DNA of 64,000 nucleotides, taken from positions 384,001 through 448,000 of the forward strand of contig CAVXWP010000009.1 in assembly GCA_963765495.1 (NCBI GenBank), written 5' to 3'. The notes beneath the pieces are model-generated. The model searched no databases and had not been told where the DNA came from. It saw nothing but the letters and a program-made list of their open reading frames with translations. The first letter of the stretch is position 1; each line of letters opens with the position of its first letter. This DNA is from Blastocatellia bacterium. GTDB lineage: Bacteria; Acidobacteriota; Blastocatellia; UBA7656. The position numbers and the translations under genes were made by a program. Below, in pieces: positions 9,946 to 19,500 of this stretch.

Positions 9946-10524
9946 TCAAGGTTGCATCCAGGCATATTTCCTGACCCGGCGGCGCGCGAGCCTGTTCAAC
10001 CGCACCTCGGCATGCGGCGCTGAGGTCTTTAATTCGCCTAGCAGTTCGCGCATTCGACCGGTTCGGCCCATTGCTTTGTGCATCTCTCTGATCTTACAAG
10101 GGCCTGTGATTTCAAGATCGACATTCGAGATTGTTATCTCTGAAAACATGCCTTTGACTCTCAGGCTGGCTCCCGCGATGATAGTTGCGGCCACTTCTAT
10201 TTCCGTAACGCCTGTCCACGGAATAAAAGCGTGTTCGCGCCCGTTATGAGTTTCGCGTATTCCTTCACGGGTCAGTTCGACCGTCTGCCGGGCCTCGCGC
10301 GCGAAAATCCATAGGATCGCCCCGTAAACAAGCCACATCAAGCTAATCAGGGCCGTAACGAAAGCCAGTATGATTATGCCTACCAGCGCTCTGTTGGAAA
10401 TGTAAGCGCCTAACTCGGCCAGAATCACGCCGCTTGTCGCGTAGACAGTCGTGAGCGCCACGACGAGCTTTCTGTAGGCTCTCGTGTAAAAATAACTTCC
10501 AGACCGCTTGATCAAAATCTCCAC
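9946..10524 (-). CDS. Hypothetical membrane protein (2 TM helices plus soluble C-terminal domain)
   Basis: 192-aa ORF with two hydrophobic segments; fills the gap between repeats. Confidence 0.65.
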   Translation of the reverse strand: MEILIKRSGSYFYTRAYRKLVVALTTVYATSGVILAELGAYISNRALVGIIILAFVTALISLMWLVYGAILWIFAREARQTVELTREGIRETHNGREHAFIPWTGVTEIEVAATIIAGASLRVKGMFSEITISNVDLEITGPCKIREMHKAMGRTGRMRELLGELKTSAPHAEVRLNRLARRRVRKYAWMQP

Positions 10525-10615
10525 TCGATTATTCTCGCTCGTTTTGAGTAAATCGGGCCCGCGCGCCTGATGAAAATTATATCAGCGCCCGCGCGCGATG
10601 CCACAAAAAATCCCG

Positions 10616-10767
10616 CAAGGTCATCAAGTTCTTGATTGAAGGTGGGAAACCGATGATCGAAAGCTTTGCCTGCTTTGAGTCTCTGCGCCCTGGCGAGAAT
10701 CTACCTCTTGCCCATATGCCAAGCACCCTGAGTACGCCAGGCATTTCCTGAAATTTAATTGGCCCTG
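10616..10767. mobile_element. CAGGG-MITE-like element with divergent interior
   Basis: Left end CAAGGTCATCAAGTTCTTGA; right end reverse complement CAGGGCCAATTAAATTTC..AAATG. Both resemble the termini of 4073-4214. Confidence 0.55.
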
Positions 10768-10770
10768 TAT

Positions 10771-12435
10771 TCAAGCCATCTCCAGCCCGCCTGTGATGCC
10801 GGGAAGGCCGAGCCCGTTGAGTCGCTCGCGGATCATATCTTGAATCTGCCGGGCCACATCGGAAAACGCATCGAGGGGCTTGCCATGAGGATCATCTATG
10901 TCGCGATCGGGGTGTAGGCGGAAGGTCTTCGATTTTGCTTCTGGAAACATAGATGTAATCTCTTTCAGTTGCCCCTCGGTCATACAGAAGATGACCTCGG
11001 CCCTCTGAACTAACCCTTGAGTCAGATTGCAGGACCGATGTTCTAGGGTCGGCATGCCAATCGCCCCTAACGCCTGTTCGGCTTCCTCGGTGATAGTTTC
11101 CCCGGGCCGAGCAGTCAAGCCCGCGCTCACTGCCTTTATGCCCAGCCTGTCCAGTGATTCCAGAGGGACGCCGAACCGGCTGGCGATCTCGGCGTTGCAG
11201 ATCGCCTGGGCCATAGGAGATCGGATAGTATTTCCCTGACATACAAAAACAAACAGACGCTGCAATGTATCGGAAAGGTTTGGGCGGACCGGATGGCACA
11301 TAGCAGCGCCGATCATCATCCACACTTCTGCTGATACTTCGAGCCCGCAAGATTCAACCAGACGCGAGTCCAGATGAACGCGGAATTCAGCGCCGCAGCC
11401 TACCCGTGCTTCAACCATCGCGCCAATACGCTCGAACTTCTTTATCCTCCCACGGATCACGTTACACTCACTTAGGATCGAAGGCTGTGAGGCGGCGACG
11501 AGGATTTCGCCCGCGCGGAATCCAATACGCACCTCCGAGCCTATGGCTGCCTGAGCCAAACGAGTCTCGACAAGGATGGAGGTTCCGATTATCCGGCAAA
11601 CCATTGTGCCTTCGAGCTCTCGCAGTTCGACCACGGTAGCATCAAAGAGGTTTTCGTACAGGATCGGCTGTGCCGGAACCGCTCGACCGGCAGCAGATAC
11701 CACGTCCGGCGGCAGCCCTTCATTTAGGATCCGTCCCTGTTCGAGGGCGATTGCGCGATCCCCCAGGGCAAGCACTTCACCATGATCATGAGTGACATAA
11801 AGGATTGGAATCCGGTGTGTTTCGTTCCATCTTCGCAGGTCCTCGATGATACGGATCTTTGTACGCGGGTCCAGTGAAGACAACGGTTCGTCAAGCAGCA
11901 ATACGGAGGGTTCGGTGACAAGCGAACGCGCCAGTGCGACCCGTTGTTGTTCCCCTCCCGAAATCTCTCGCGGCAACCGGCTACAGAGATGCTCTATCTG
12001 AAAAGATTCCAGGATGTCGCGCATCCGTCGATTTCGCTCGGCCTTGTCCAGGCGGCGGAGCCCGTACATGACGTTATCCTGGACAGAGAGGTGTGGAAAG
12101 AGCGCAAGGTCCTGAAATACAAAGGCGACCCGGCGACGCGACGGCTCAAGCCTGATTCGTTGCTTCGAATCGAAAAGCACCCTGTCTCCGATTGCAATGC
12201 GGCCCTCCTCGGGATGGCATAGACCCGCGATGCAGCGCAGAATGGTCGTCTTGCCCGCGCCGGAATGGCCGACAATCACCGTCACACCGGGCAATACGGC
12301 GAACTCGGCCTCAAGCTGGAAACGGGAAGAGTGACGCGTACGCAATTGAACCTCCAGCGCGCCCGCATCGGAGAGGACAGTTTGCGTGGGTGGTTCCCAG
12401 TTGCGAGCTTCCAACTGCCGTTTTAGTGAACTCAT
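10771..12435 (-). CDS. modC: Molybdate/tungstate ABC ATPase (ModC-like, TOBE) fused to an LMW protein-phosphatase/ArsC-like domain
   Basis: Walker A GHSGAGKT, ISGGEQQR, LLLDEP. C-terminal FVCQGNTIRSPMAQ (CX5R P-loop), SAG, DIDDPHG. Start ATG 12435 overlaps the modB stop (ATGA). Confidence 0.88.
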   Translation of the reverse strand: MSSLKRQLEARNWEPPTQTVLSDAGALEVQLRTRHSSRFQLEAEFAVLPGVTVIVGHSGAGKTTILRCIAGLCHPEEGRIAIGDRVLFDSKQRIRLEPSRRRVAFVFQDLALFPHLSVQDNVMYGLRRLDKAERNRRMRDILESFQIEHLCSRLPREISGGEQQRVALARSLVTEPSVLLLDEPLSSLDPRTKIRIIEDLRRWNETHRIPILYVTHDHGEVLALGDRAIALEQGRILNEGLPPDVVSAAGRAVPAQPILYENLFDATVVELRELEGTMVCRIIGTSILVETRLAQAAIGSEVRIGFRAGEILVAASQPSILSECNVIRGRIKKFERIGAMVEARVGCGAEFRVHLDSRLVESCGLEVSAEVWMMIGAAMCHPVRPNLSDTLQRLFVFVCQGNTIRSPMAQAICNAEIASRFGVPLESLDRLGIKAVSAGLTARPGETITEEAEQALGAIGMPTLEHRSCNLTQGLVQRAEVIFCMTEGQLKEITSMFPEAKSKTFRLHPDRDIDDPHGKPLDAFSDVARQIQDMIRERLNGLGLPGITGGLEMA

Positions 12436-13259
12436 GTCAGCCTCCCCTGTGTGTCTCCGAGCACAGCTACCCCGTTCTGGTACCCGGTAAGGCGACCGAG
12501 CAGCATGGAGAGCGCCACTGCGATTGCTGCCAGAAATACCAGGAGAAAGGCCACGGGCAAGGCTCCTGTCAGGCCGTTTGATTCGAACTTCACCCACATA
12601 TAGACCGGCAAAGTATGTGGGTTGTAGGCAACGATCAGTGTTGCGCCAAATTCACCGAGCGCTCGAATCCACGCAAGCGTGATGCCTGCCGCTATGCCGG
12701 GCCAGGCAAGGGGCAATGAGATCCGCCAAAAGATATACCATTGCGAATCACCCAGCGTAGCCGCTGCCATCTCAAGTTTTGGATCGACGCTTGCGAATGC
12801 CGCTAACGCAGATACGATGACGAAGGGAGCGGACACAAAAAGTTGAGCCAGAACGATCCCCGCCAGATTGCCTGTGAGAGCGATGTTCCAGCCGTCGAGA
12901 GGATGACCTATGGTTCCGTAAGGCCCGAAGGTTTGCAACAGCAGGATTCCTCCCGCGAGATCAGGAACGACCATCGGCAGGAAAACGAGACTGATCCAGA
13001 CCTGCTTGAAAGGGAGCCGCGCTCGCGCCAGCACGTATCCGAGCGGAACGCCCAGCAGAGTCATTATCACTACTGCCATCGTGGATGTCAGAGCGGAAAC
13101 CGACAGGGCTTCACCTGCGCTGGGCTCCCGCAAGGACGCCGTCCAGCCGGGCCAGTCGGCTTGAACAAAGAGGTTGATGATGGGCAGCACGAGGTTGAGC
13201 AAGAGCAGGCCGCCCAGCACGCCAAAAAGTATAAATGTCGGCTTGAAGCGCCCCGTCAT
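12432..13259 (-). CDS. modB: Molybdate/tungstate ABC permease
   Basis: LPMVVP..GILLL, VLAQLFVSAPF, AAATLG, WIRALGEFGAT. Confidence 0.9.
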   Translation of the reverse strand: MTGRFKPTFILFGVLGGLLLLNLVLPIINLFVQADWPGWTASLREPSAGEALSVSALTSTMAVVIMTLLGVPLGYVLARARLPFKQVWISLVFLPMVVPDLAGGILLLQTFGPYGTIGHPLDGWNIALTGNLAGIVLAQLFVSAPFVIVSALAAFASVDPKLEMAAATLGDSQWYIFWRISLPLAWPGIAAGITLAWIRALGEFGATLIVAYNPHTLPVYMWVKFESNGLTGALPVAFLLVFLAAIAVALSMLLGRLTGYQNGVAVLGDTQGRLT

Positions 13260-14245
13260 GGCTTATATGCCCCCGAGCAAAGGCTACGGAGACCTGTCGG
13301 AATCTGCTCCCTGTCTCCGCCCACAAGGTGGTCCACGGGTCCCAGCCCGAACTCCTCAAGCAGATTGCTTGAAGAGAGAAAGAATCGAACAAACTCTTCG
13401 GCGGCAGCTTGATTCTGCACCGTCTTTGGAATCGTTATAGTGAAGATTATAGGGGCCCCGCTGACGCGCTCACCCGATGGGATCGTATAGGTGGCCTGCC
13501 CGTAGAGATCGGCAAACCTCGGGTCGCCCAGATTGATTTCGGGTGGAAAGCTGACGAAGGGCAATTTATGAGCGACTATCTCGTGTTTGTAAAAAACCCC
13601 GGCGTCAAATTGCCCGGTGTCTACGCGGGCTAACAAGACGATCTCCGGCAGCACCTGCGCGGGATTGAGCGGATCACCAAGCAGACCGGGAATCTCCGGT
13701 CGATTGTAATGTTTGCCGGCCAGATCAAAAAGGAGGAGCGTTCTGTACCCCTTCGGGTCGATAGTCGGATCGCCCCTGCCAAAGCGCACACCGGGCGTCT
13801 CTAAAACCTCATACCACGGAATACTGCCCGCCGAGGCCGCCCGGAATTTTGCCGCAAAAGGGCTTTTCGGGTTGTAGGCGAGCACGAGTTGCGAAGAGGC
13901 CAGAGTCACGAACCACGTAACAAGGTTCCCGTTCCCGCTTCCCATCAGCACGGTCTCGTTGACGGATGGATCGGCGCTGATGAAGACATCAGGGCTCCTG
14001 AGCCGATCATGGATCATACGCGCTGCGCCAAGCGACCCCTGCGCCTCGCCTCTGTATTCGTATCCGGTTGCTTTGGAGAATGCGGGGCCCAGACCGTTCT
14101 CCATAACCGTAGCCAGAGAACCCGCATACAGGACTGAAACCATGCGTTTCTGAGAATTTTTAGTGCAGGATGAAAGAAAAATCGGGGCAAAAAGAGAGAC
14201 AAACAGAATCTGGCCAAGGCTCACGGACAAGCAAATACGCTTCAT
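13256..14245 (-). CDS. modA: Molybdate/tungstate-binding lipoprotein (ModA/WtpA-like)
   Basis: Lipobox FLSSC; YAGSL, DVFISAD, FGRGDPTIDPKGYR (WtpA-like). Confidence 0.82.
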   Translation of the reverse strand: MKRICLSVSLGQILFVSLFAPIFLSSCTKNSQKRMVSVLYAGSLATVMENGLGPAFSKATGYEYRGEAQGSLGAARMIHDRLRSPDVFISADPSVNETVLMGSGNGNLVTWFVTLASSQLVLAYNPKSPFAAKFRAASAGSIPWYEVLETPGVRFGRGDPTIDPKGYRTLLLFDLAGKHYNRPEIPGLLGDPLNPAQVLPEIVLLARVDTGQFDAGVFYKHEIVAHKLPFVSFPPEINLGDPRFADLYGQATYTIPSGERVSGAPIIFTITIPKTVQNQAAAEEFVRFFLSSSNLLEEFGLGPVDHLVGGDREQIPTGLRSLCSGAYKP

Positions 14246-14441
14246 CGGACCACCTTATCAGGACACCCATCCTGTTATGTCTATACTGCATTTGTCTGGC
14301 TAGACTCGACGCAGCCATCCCTCGTGGCATGGTCGCGACAGAGTGATAAAGGCCCCTATTCGGAAGGTGATTACGGTAACAATTATGCTTGGAATTGTCA
14401 ACGCGAATCTTTGCCAGCCGCCCCTCAATTGTGAGATTCCC

Positions 14442-14558
14442 CAGGGCCATTCAGTTTTTGACTTGCGAGATGTATGCGACAAAATTTTTGCAGGTTAATT
14501 CGAACGAAAGGCGAGTGGGAATAGGTCACCCTACATTTTGGAAGATCTAATGATCCTG
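14442..14558. mobile_element. CAGGG-MITE copy, opposite orientation to 4073-4214, internally deleted
   Basis: CAGGGCCATTCAGTTTTTGAC...CTACATTTTGGAAGATCTAATGATCCTG; 55 bp identical (inverted) to 4131-4185. Confidence 0.8.
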
Positions 14559-14658
14559 CGCCTGATCTGATGGTTTACCCGATGAAAAAGCTTTCCTGTC
14601 GCAAGCGACGCGCTTCTGTTATCATGTCGGTTTGACTTGAGAGCAATCAGGAGGACAT

Positions 14659-16476
14659 GTGGAAGCACGGGAAGATATTCGCAACATAGCGATCATAGCG
14701 CACGTCGATCATGGCAAGACTACGCTGGTCGATTCGATGCTCAGACAATCGGGGCTGTTTCGGGCCAACGAAACGGTCGTCGAGCGCGTGATGGATTCGA
14801 TGGACCTCGAACGCGAGCGGGGCATCACCATTATGGCTAAAAACACGTCGGTCCATTATCACGGCGTGAAGATAAACATCGTAGACACGCCGGGCCACTC
14901 GGATTTCGGAGGCGAAGTCGAGCGCGTCCTCAAGATGGTTGACGGCGTGATGCTGCTCGTAGACGCAAGCGAAGGCCCGCTTCCGCAAACCCGCTACGTT
15001 CTGTCGAAGGCGCTCGCGCAAAAGCTGCCCGCGATAGTCGTCATAAACAAGATTGACCGGCAGGATGCGCGCGCCGAAGAGGTCGTGAGCGAAGTCTTCG
15101 ACCTCTTTATCGACCTCGACGCCACCGAAGAGCAGGCCGATTTCCCGGTGATCTACACAGTCGCCCGCGACGGCATTGCCAAACTCGAACTCGAAGACAC
15201 AAGCGACAATCTGCGCCCGCTTTTCGATCAAATACTCAAAACCATACCGCCTCCCGTTGCCGCGCCCGATTCCGTCTTGCAGATGCTTGTTGCAAACCTA
15301 GATTACAACGACTATGTAGGCCGTCTCGCCATAGGCCGCATCTTTTCCGGGTCGGTTGCCGTAGGCGATCAGATAGCCATCTGCAAGCTCGACGGCAAAC
15401 TGGAAAAGACCAAGGTTTCAAAACTTTTTGCCTTTGAAGGATTGAAACAGGCCCCGATAGAACGCGCCGAAGCGGGCGAGATCGTGGCGCTCGCAGGCAT
15501 CGAGGATATCTATATCGGCGAGACCGTTTCATCGGCAGACGACCCTCGTCCGCTCCCAAAAATCACCGTGGACGAGCCGACCATCTCGATGCTCTTCAGC
15601 GTGAGCACCTCGCCGTTTGCCGGACGCGAAGGCAAGTACGTCACATCCAGAAAAATCCGCGAACGGCTCGATAAGGAAGCGCTCGCAAACGTCGCTATCC
15701 GCATAGACGCAACCGAGACTATGGACAGTTTTAAGGTATCGGGGCGCGGCGAGCTTCAGCTTGCCATCATCATCGAGATGATGCGGCGCGAAGGCTACGA
15801 GCTTCAGGTCTCAAAACCCGAAGTCATAACCAGAAACGAAGGCGAGGGCCGCCTTGAGCCTATCGAGCTTGCGGTCATTGATTGCCCCGAGACATTCATA
15901 GGCATAGTGACCGAAGCGCTTGGCCGCCGCAAAGGCCGTATGACGAAGATGGTCAATCACGGAACTGGCCGAGTGCGTCTTGAATTCGAAGTCCCCTCGC
16001 GCGGGCTGATCGGCTTTCGCAGCGAATTCCTCACCGACACAAAGGGGACGGGCCTTATCAACACTATTTTTCTGCGATGGGATGCGTGGCAGGGCACTAT
16101 CTCGCAACGAATAACCGGCGCGCTTGTGGCCGACCGCTCGGGTCAGGCGACTACATACGCGCTTTATAACCTGCAAGAGCGCGGAGAGCTTTTCGTCCGT
16201 CCCAATACGGAAGTGTATGAAGGGATGATCATAGGCGAGAACTCGCGCGACGCCGATCTTGACGTAAACGTAGTAAAGGAAAAGAAGCTGACCAACATGC
16301 GTGCCTCGACCGCCGACGAAGCCATGCGGCTTGTGCCTTTCCGCGAGCTATCGCTTGAGCAGGCCCTCGAATTTATCCGCGAAGACGAACTCGTCGAGGT
16401 CACTCCCGCCTCTATCCGCATGCGAAAGAAAGTCCTTGCGGCAAACCAGAGACCACGAAGAAGGGATGAGGGATGA
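14659..16476 (+). CDS. typA: Translational GTPase TypA/BipA
   Basis: [56 protein letters not shown]. Confidence 0.98.
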   Translation: MEAREDIRNIAIIAHVDHGKTTLVDSMLRQSGLFRANETVVERVMDSMDLERERGITIMAKNTSVHYHGVKINIVDTPGHSDFGGEVERVLKMVDGVMLLVDASEGPLPQTRYVLSKALAQKLPAIVVINKIDRQDARAEEVVSEVFDLFIDLDATEEQADFPVIYTVARDGIAKLELEDTSDNLRPLFDQILKTIPPPVAAPDSVLQMLVANLDYNDYVGRLAIGRIFSGSVAVGDQIAICKLDGKLEKTKVSKLFAFEGLKQAPIERAEAGEIVALAGIEDIYIGETVSSADDPRPLPKITVDEPTISMLFSVSTSPFAGREGKYVTSRKIRERLDKEALANVAIRIDATETMDSFKVSGRGELQLAIIIEMMRREGYELQVSKPEVITRNEGEGRLEPIELAVIDCPETFIGIVTEALGRRKGRMTKMVNHGTGRVRLEFEVPSRGLIGFRSEFLTDTKGTGLINTIFLRWDAWQGTISQRITGALVADRSGQATTYALYNLQERGELFVRPNTEVYEGMIIGENSRDADLDVNVVKEKKLTNMRASTADEAMRLVPFRELSLEQALEFIREDELVEVTPASIRMRKKVLAANQRPRRRDEG

Positions 16477-16584
16477 GGGATGAGGGATGAAAAGGACTGT
16501 CGGGAAACACTCCGGTAATTGGTCAAACCAATTAATCGGAATTTTTCCTTAGACTCTTTTTCATCCCTGATCCCTCATCCCTCA
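16463..16584. repeat. GGGATGA heptamer inverted-repeat element, copy 1
   Basis: (GGGATGA)4, 70-nt spacer, then about 3.5 TCATCCC units. Contains the typA stop and the helicase 3' end. Confidence 0.9.
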
Positions 16585-19500
16585 GTTGTATTCCTCTGGC
16601 GACGGCGCGCAGTTTGCCCTGCGCCACCAGAGCCTGAATTGCCGAGCTTATCTGCCCGGATAATTTTCTCCCCGTTCGATCAAAGCCCATTGCGCGGGCG
16701 ACCTCCGTCACCAGTTCATCAAGCATTCTGGCTCCGCCTGACTTGAGCACATAAATGATGGCCGCCTCAAACTCGGAGGGGCAGATGTATTCGGCATCAA
16801 AGACATAATCCCGAATCGCGCGCGCGCGAATGACTGCCTCTTTCTGGCCGGCCTTCCATAAGAAATCTCCCTGCAAGCGGAGCTTGCCGCTTCTATTCAG
16901 TTCACCCGCTATTTTGTAAATACGTTCTCGAATCCGATTCCCTGCGCGATTCATCTGCCAGTGAACGGCTACGCGGCGAGTCGCTTCGATAATGTGAACC
17001 GGCGATTCGCATTCGACTACGCGCAGGAGCGTTTCGGCAATCCGCGAGTCAGGTTCGGAGTAAAAACTTTCCGCCTCGCCAAGAATACGAATTGGCGTAA
17101 GGTTGTAAGACTCAATTTCCGGGAGAAACCCTTGCGGCGCTGTTTTACCATCGGGTGTGAAAGATGTCGGCTCAACAACGGGGTCGTTTGGATCGGGGTC
17201 GAATTCTTCAATTTCAATCGAGCGAGCGTCCGGCTTCTGCTCGGGTGCGGTCTGCGATAGCTCTTCTTGTCCGGCTTCTCTGCGAGACTGCTCGACCAGA
17301 TTCAGGATGCGAGTGATTTGCGCCTCGCGGCTCTGATACCAGTCTGTAGACCAGATGCGGTGAATTTTCCACCCGAGATTTTCCAGCACCGACTGGCGCA
17401 GACGGTCCCGGTCGCGCGCGGTGGCCGCGCTGTGATAAGCCGCCCCGTCGCATTCGATACCGGCTATAAAGCGTCCCGGCATCTCCTCGTCCTGCACGCC
17501 GAAATCTATGCGATAACCCGATTGCCCGATCTGAGGTGCCAGCCGCAATCCTTGGCGAGTAAGTTCTTCATAAACCGATTGCTCGAAGGGCGATTCCATC
17601 TCCGCTTCCGCGCGAAGGGTGGGCGCGCTCAAGATGCCGCGCTCGGCGAAGAACAGGTATTCTCTAAGCAACTGCGCGCCCTCGCTCTGCGCCCTCGCAG
17701 GGTCTATGTCCTCGCCCCGTAGCGAGGAGAAGATTCTGAGCGAGAGCTTTGCCCTGGTGATGATGACGTTCAGCCTGCGCCACCCGTTGGGACCATTTAA
17801 GGGGCCGAAGTTATAACGTACGCGCCCTTCGCTATCCGGCCCGTAGGTCACGCTGATAAAGATCACATCCCGATCATCTCCCTGTATGTTCTCAAGGTTT
17901 TTTACAAAGAACTGGCCTTCGCCCCTGCGCGCAAAGAAGAATTCGAGCGCGGGGTCCTCGCGGCGGCGTTTGTCTAATTCATCAAGGATCAATGTCTGCT
18001 GTCTGATGTTGAACGTGCCCACTCCCAGAGTCAGTTCAGGGCAATTGCGTATGTGTTCGCACACGGCGTCTGCCACGGCGCTCGCTTCAACGGAGTTGAT
18101 TCCCTTCCCCTCATATACGCCCCCCACCCAGTGGAATTGCAGGCCGACGCGGTCTGCGTCAATGCCCGGACCGGGAAAGGTTATCAACTCTGCGTCATAG
18201 AACTTGCGATTTGAAAACGTGATGAGCGATTCGTGGCGACTGCGATAATGCCATCTCAGCCGCAATCGGGCAAAGCCCAGACTCGCCATTTCGTCCAGTA
18301 TGCTTTCGACGCTATCGGTGATTGCAGGCGCTTCTCCCTGAGACGGATCAATATCATCTTCGGCTATGATCTGGGCTGAGAAAAAGCTCGTGGGTGGAAG
18401 CTGTTTGCTGTCGCCTACGACAACCACCTGGCGTCCGCGAATGATTGCCCCCAGAGCGTCTTCGGGCGGAATCTGGCTCGCTTCGTCAAAGATCACAAGA
18501 TCAAAGATGTGCAGGGAGGGATCGAGAAACTGCGCGACCGACAGAGGGCTCATCATAAAACACGGTTTGATGGTCCTGACTGCCTCCGGCGCTCGCAGGA
18601 GCAATTTCCGCAAGGGCAGATGGCGGGTCTTCTTTCGCGACTCGCGCTGCACAAGGACCAACTCGGGCGATAGCCGGCCGTCGCCTATCAACTCATCTTT
18701 CTTGCGCGACAATTGATGCAACACGCGGCGGCGGGCCAGATCGAGCGCGCGAAGGTCGAGGCGCTTAAACTCTTCGATCTTCTTTTCATGACTGAGCGCG
18801 CGGAATTTTTCTAACCGAGGGCGTTCGGAGCAGACAAGGTCGAGCCAGCGCCTGTAAAACAGTCTGCGAAATGCAGGCTCCATCTCATCGGGCTCGATGG
18901 CCTGTTCATAAAACCTTTTGAGAAATGCGGCCCCCACACCCGCTTCGCATCGTTTCAAACTCGCCTGATAGAGCGACCACTGGCGCAAACCCGGGATTGC
19001 TTCCTTTAACTCCGCGAGCCTTTCGGCCAGGGGTATCAGCCCGGCTTCCGCCTCTGTTGAAACATTGCCTGTCGGGTTGAAAACGCCAAGTTTTGCGACT
19101 CGCTCCACATCCGCGCGGGCCGCGCTCAGGTGTGCGCGTATCTCGTCCACGCGGATTTGAACATCATCTGGATTCAATTGCCCGCCTGCGGCGAGCCTTA
19201 CACCTTCGCTTTCGAGAAAACCGTCGGCTAAGAATCGCCGCACCTTGACGATCCAATCAGAGAAGCTTTCAAGATCGCGCCAGTCGCTTTCCGATCCAAG
19301 CCATCTGTCGCCGAATAACTCGCGGCCCGCACGATCGCGCTCTCGCAGGAACAGAACTTCGGCCCGGCACTGCAACGCTACATCGAGGTCTTTGAGCAAC
19401 TGTTCATTGCTCGACGGGCTGTAATCTTCGCGGAAGTAAAATCGCAGGGCCTTGCGGTCACGCCAGAAAGCGGGATTGAAGAAGCGACCCCAGGTCCGGC

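Noticed and set aside
14246-14441. Moco/Wco riboswitch or ModE box upstream of modA
   Set aside because: Only small hairpins and a partial GTTAT-like half-site are visible and I could not match a consensus. An Infernal/Rfam scan would settle it.
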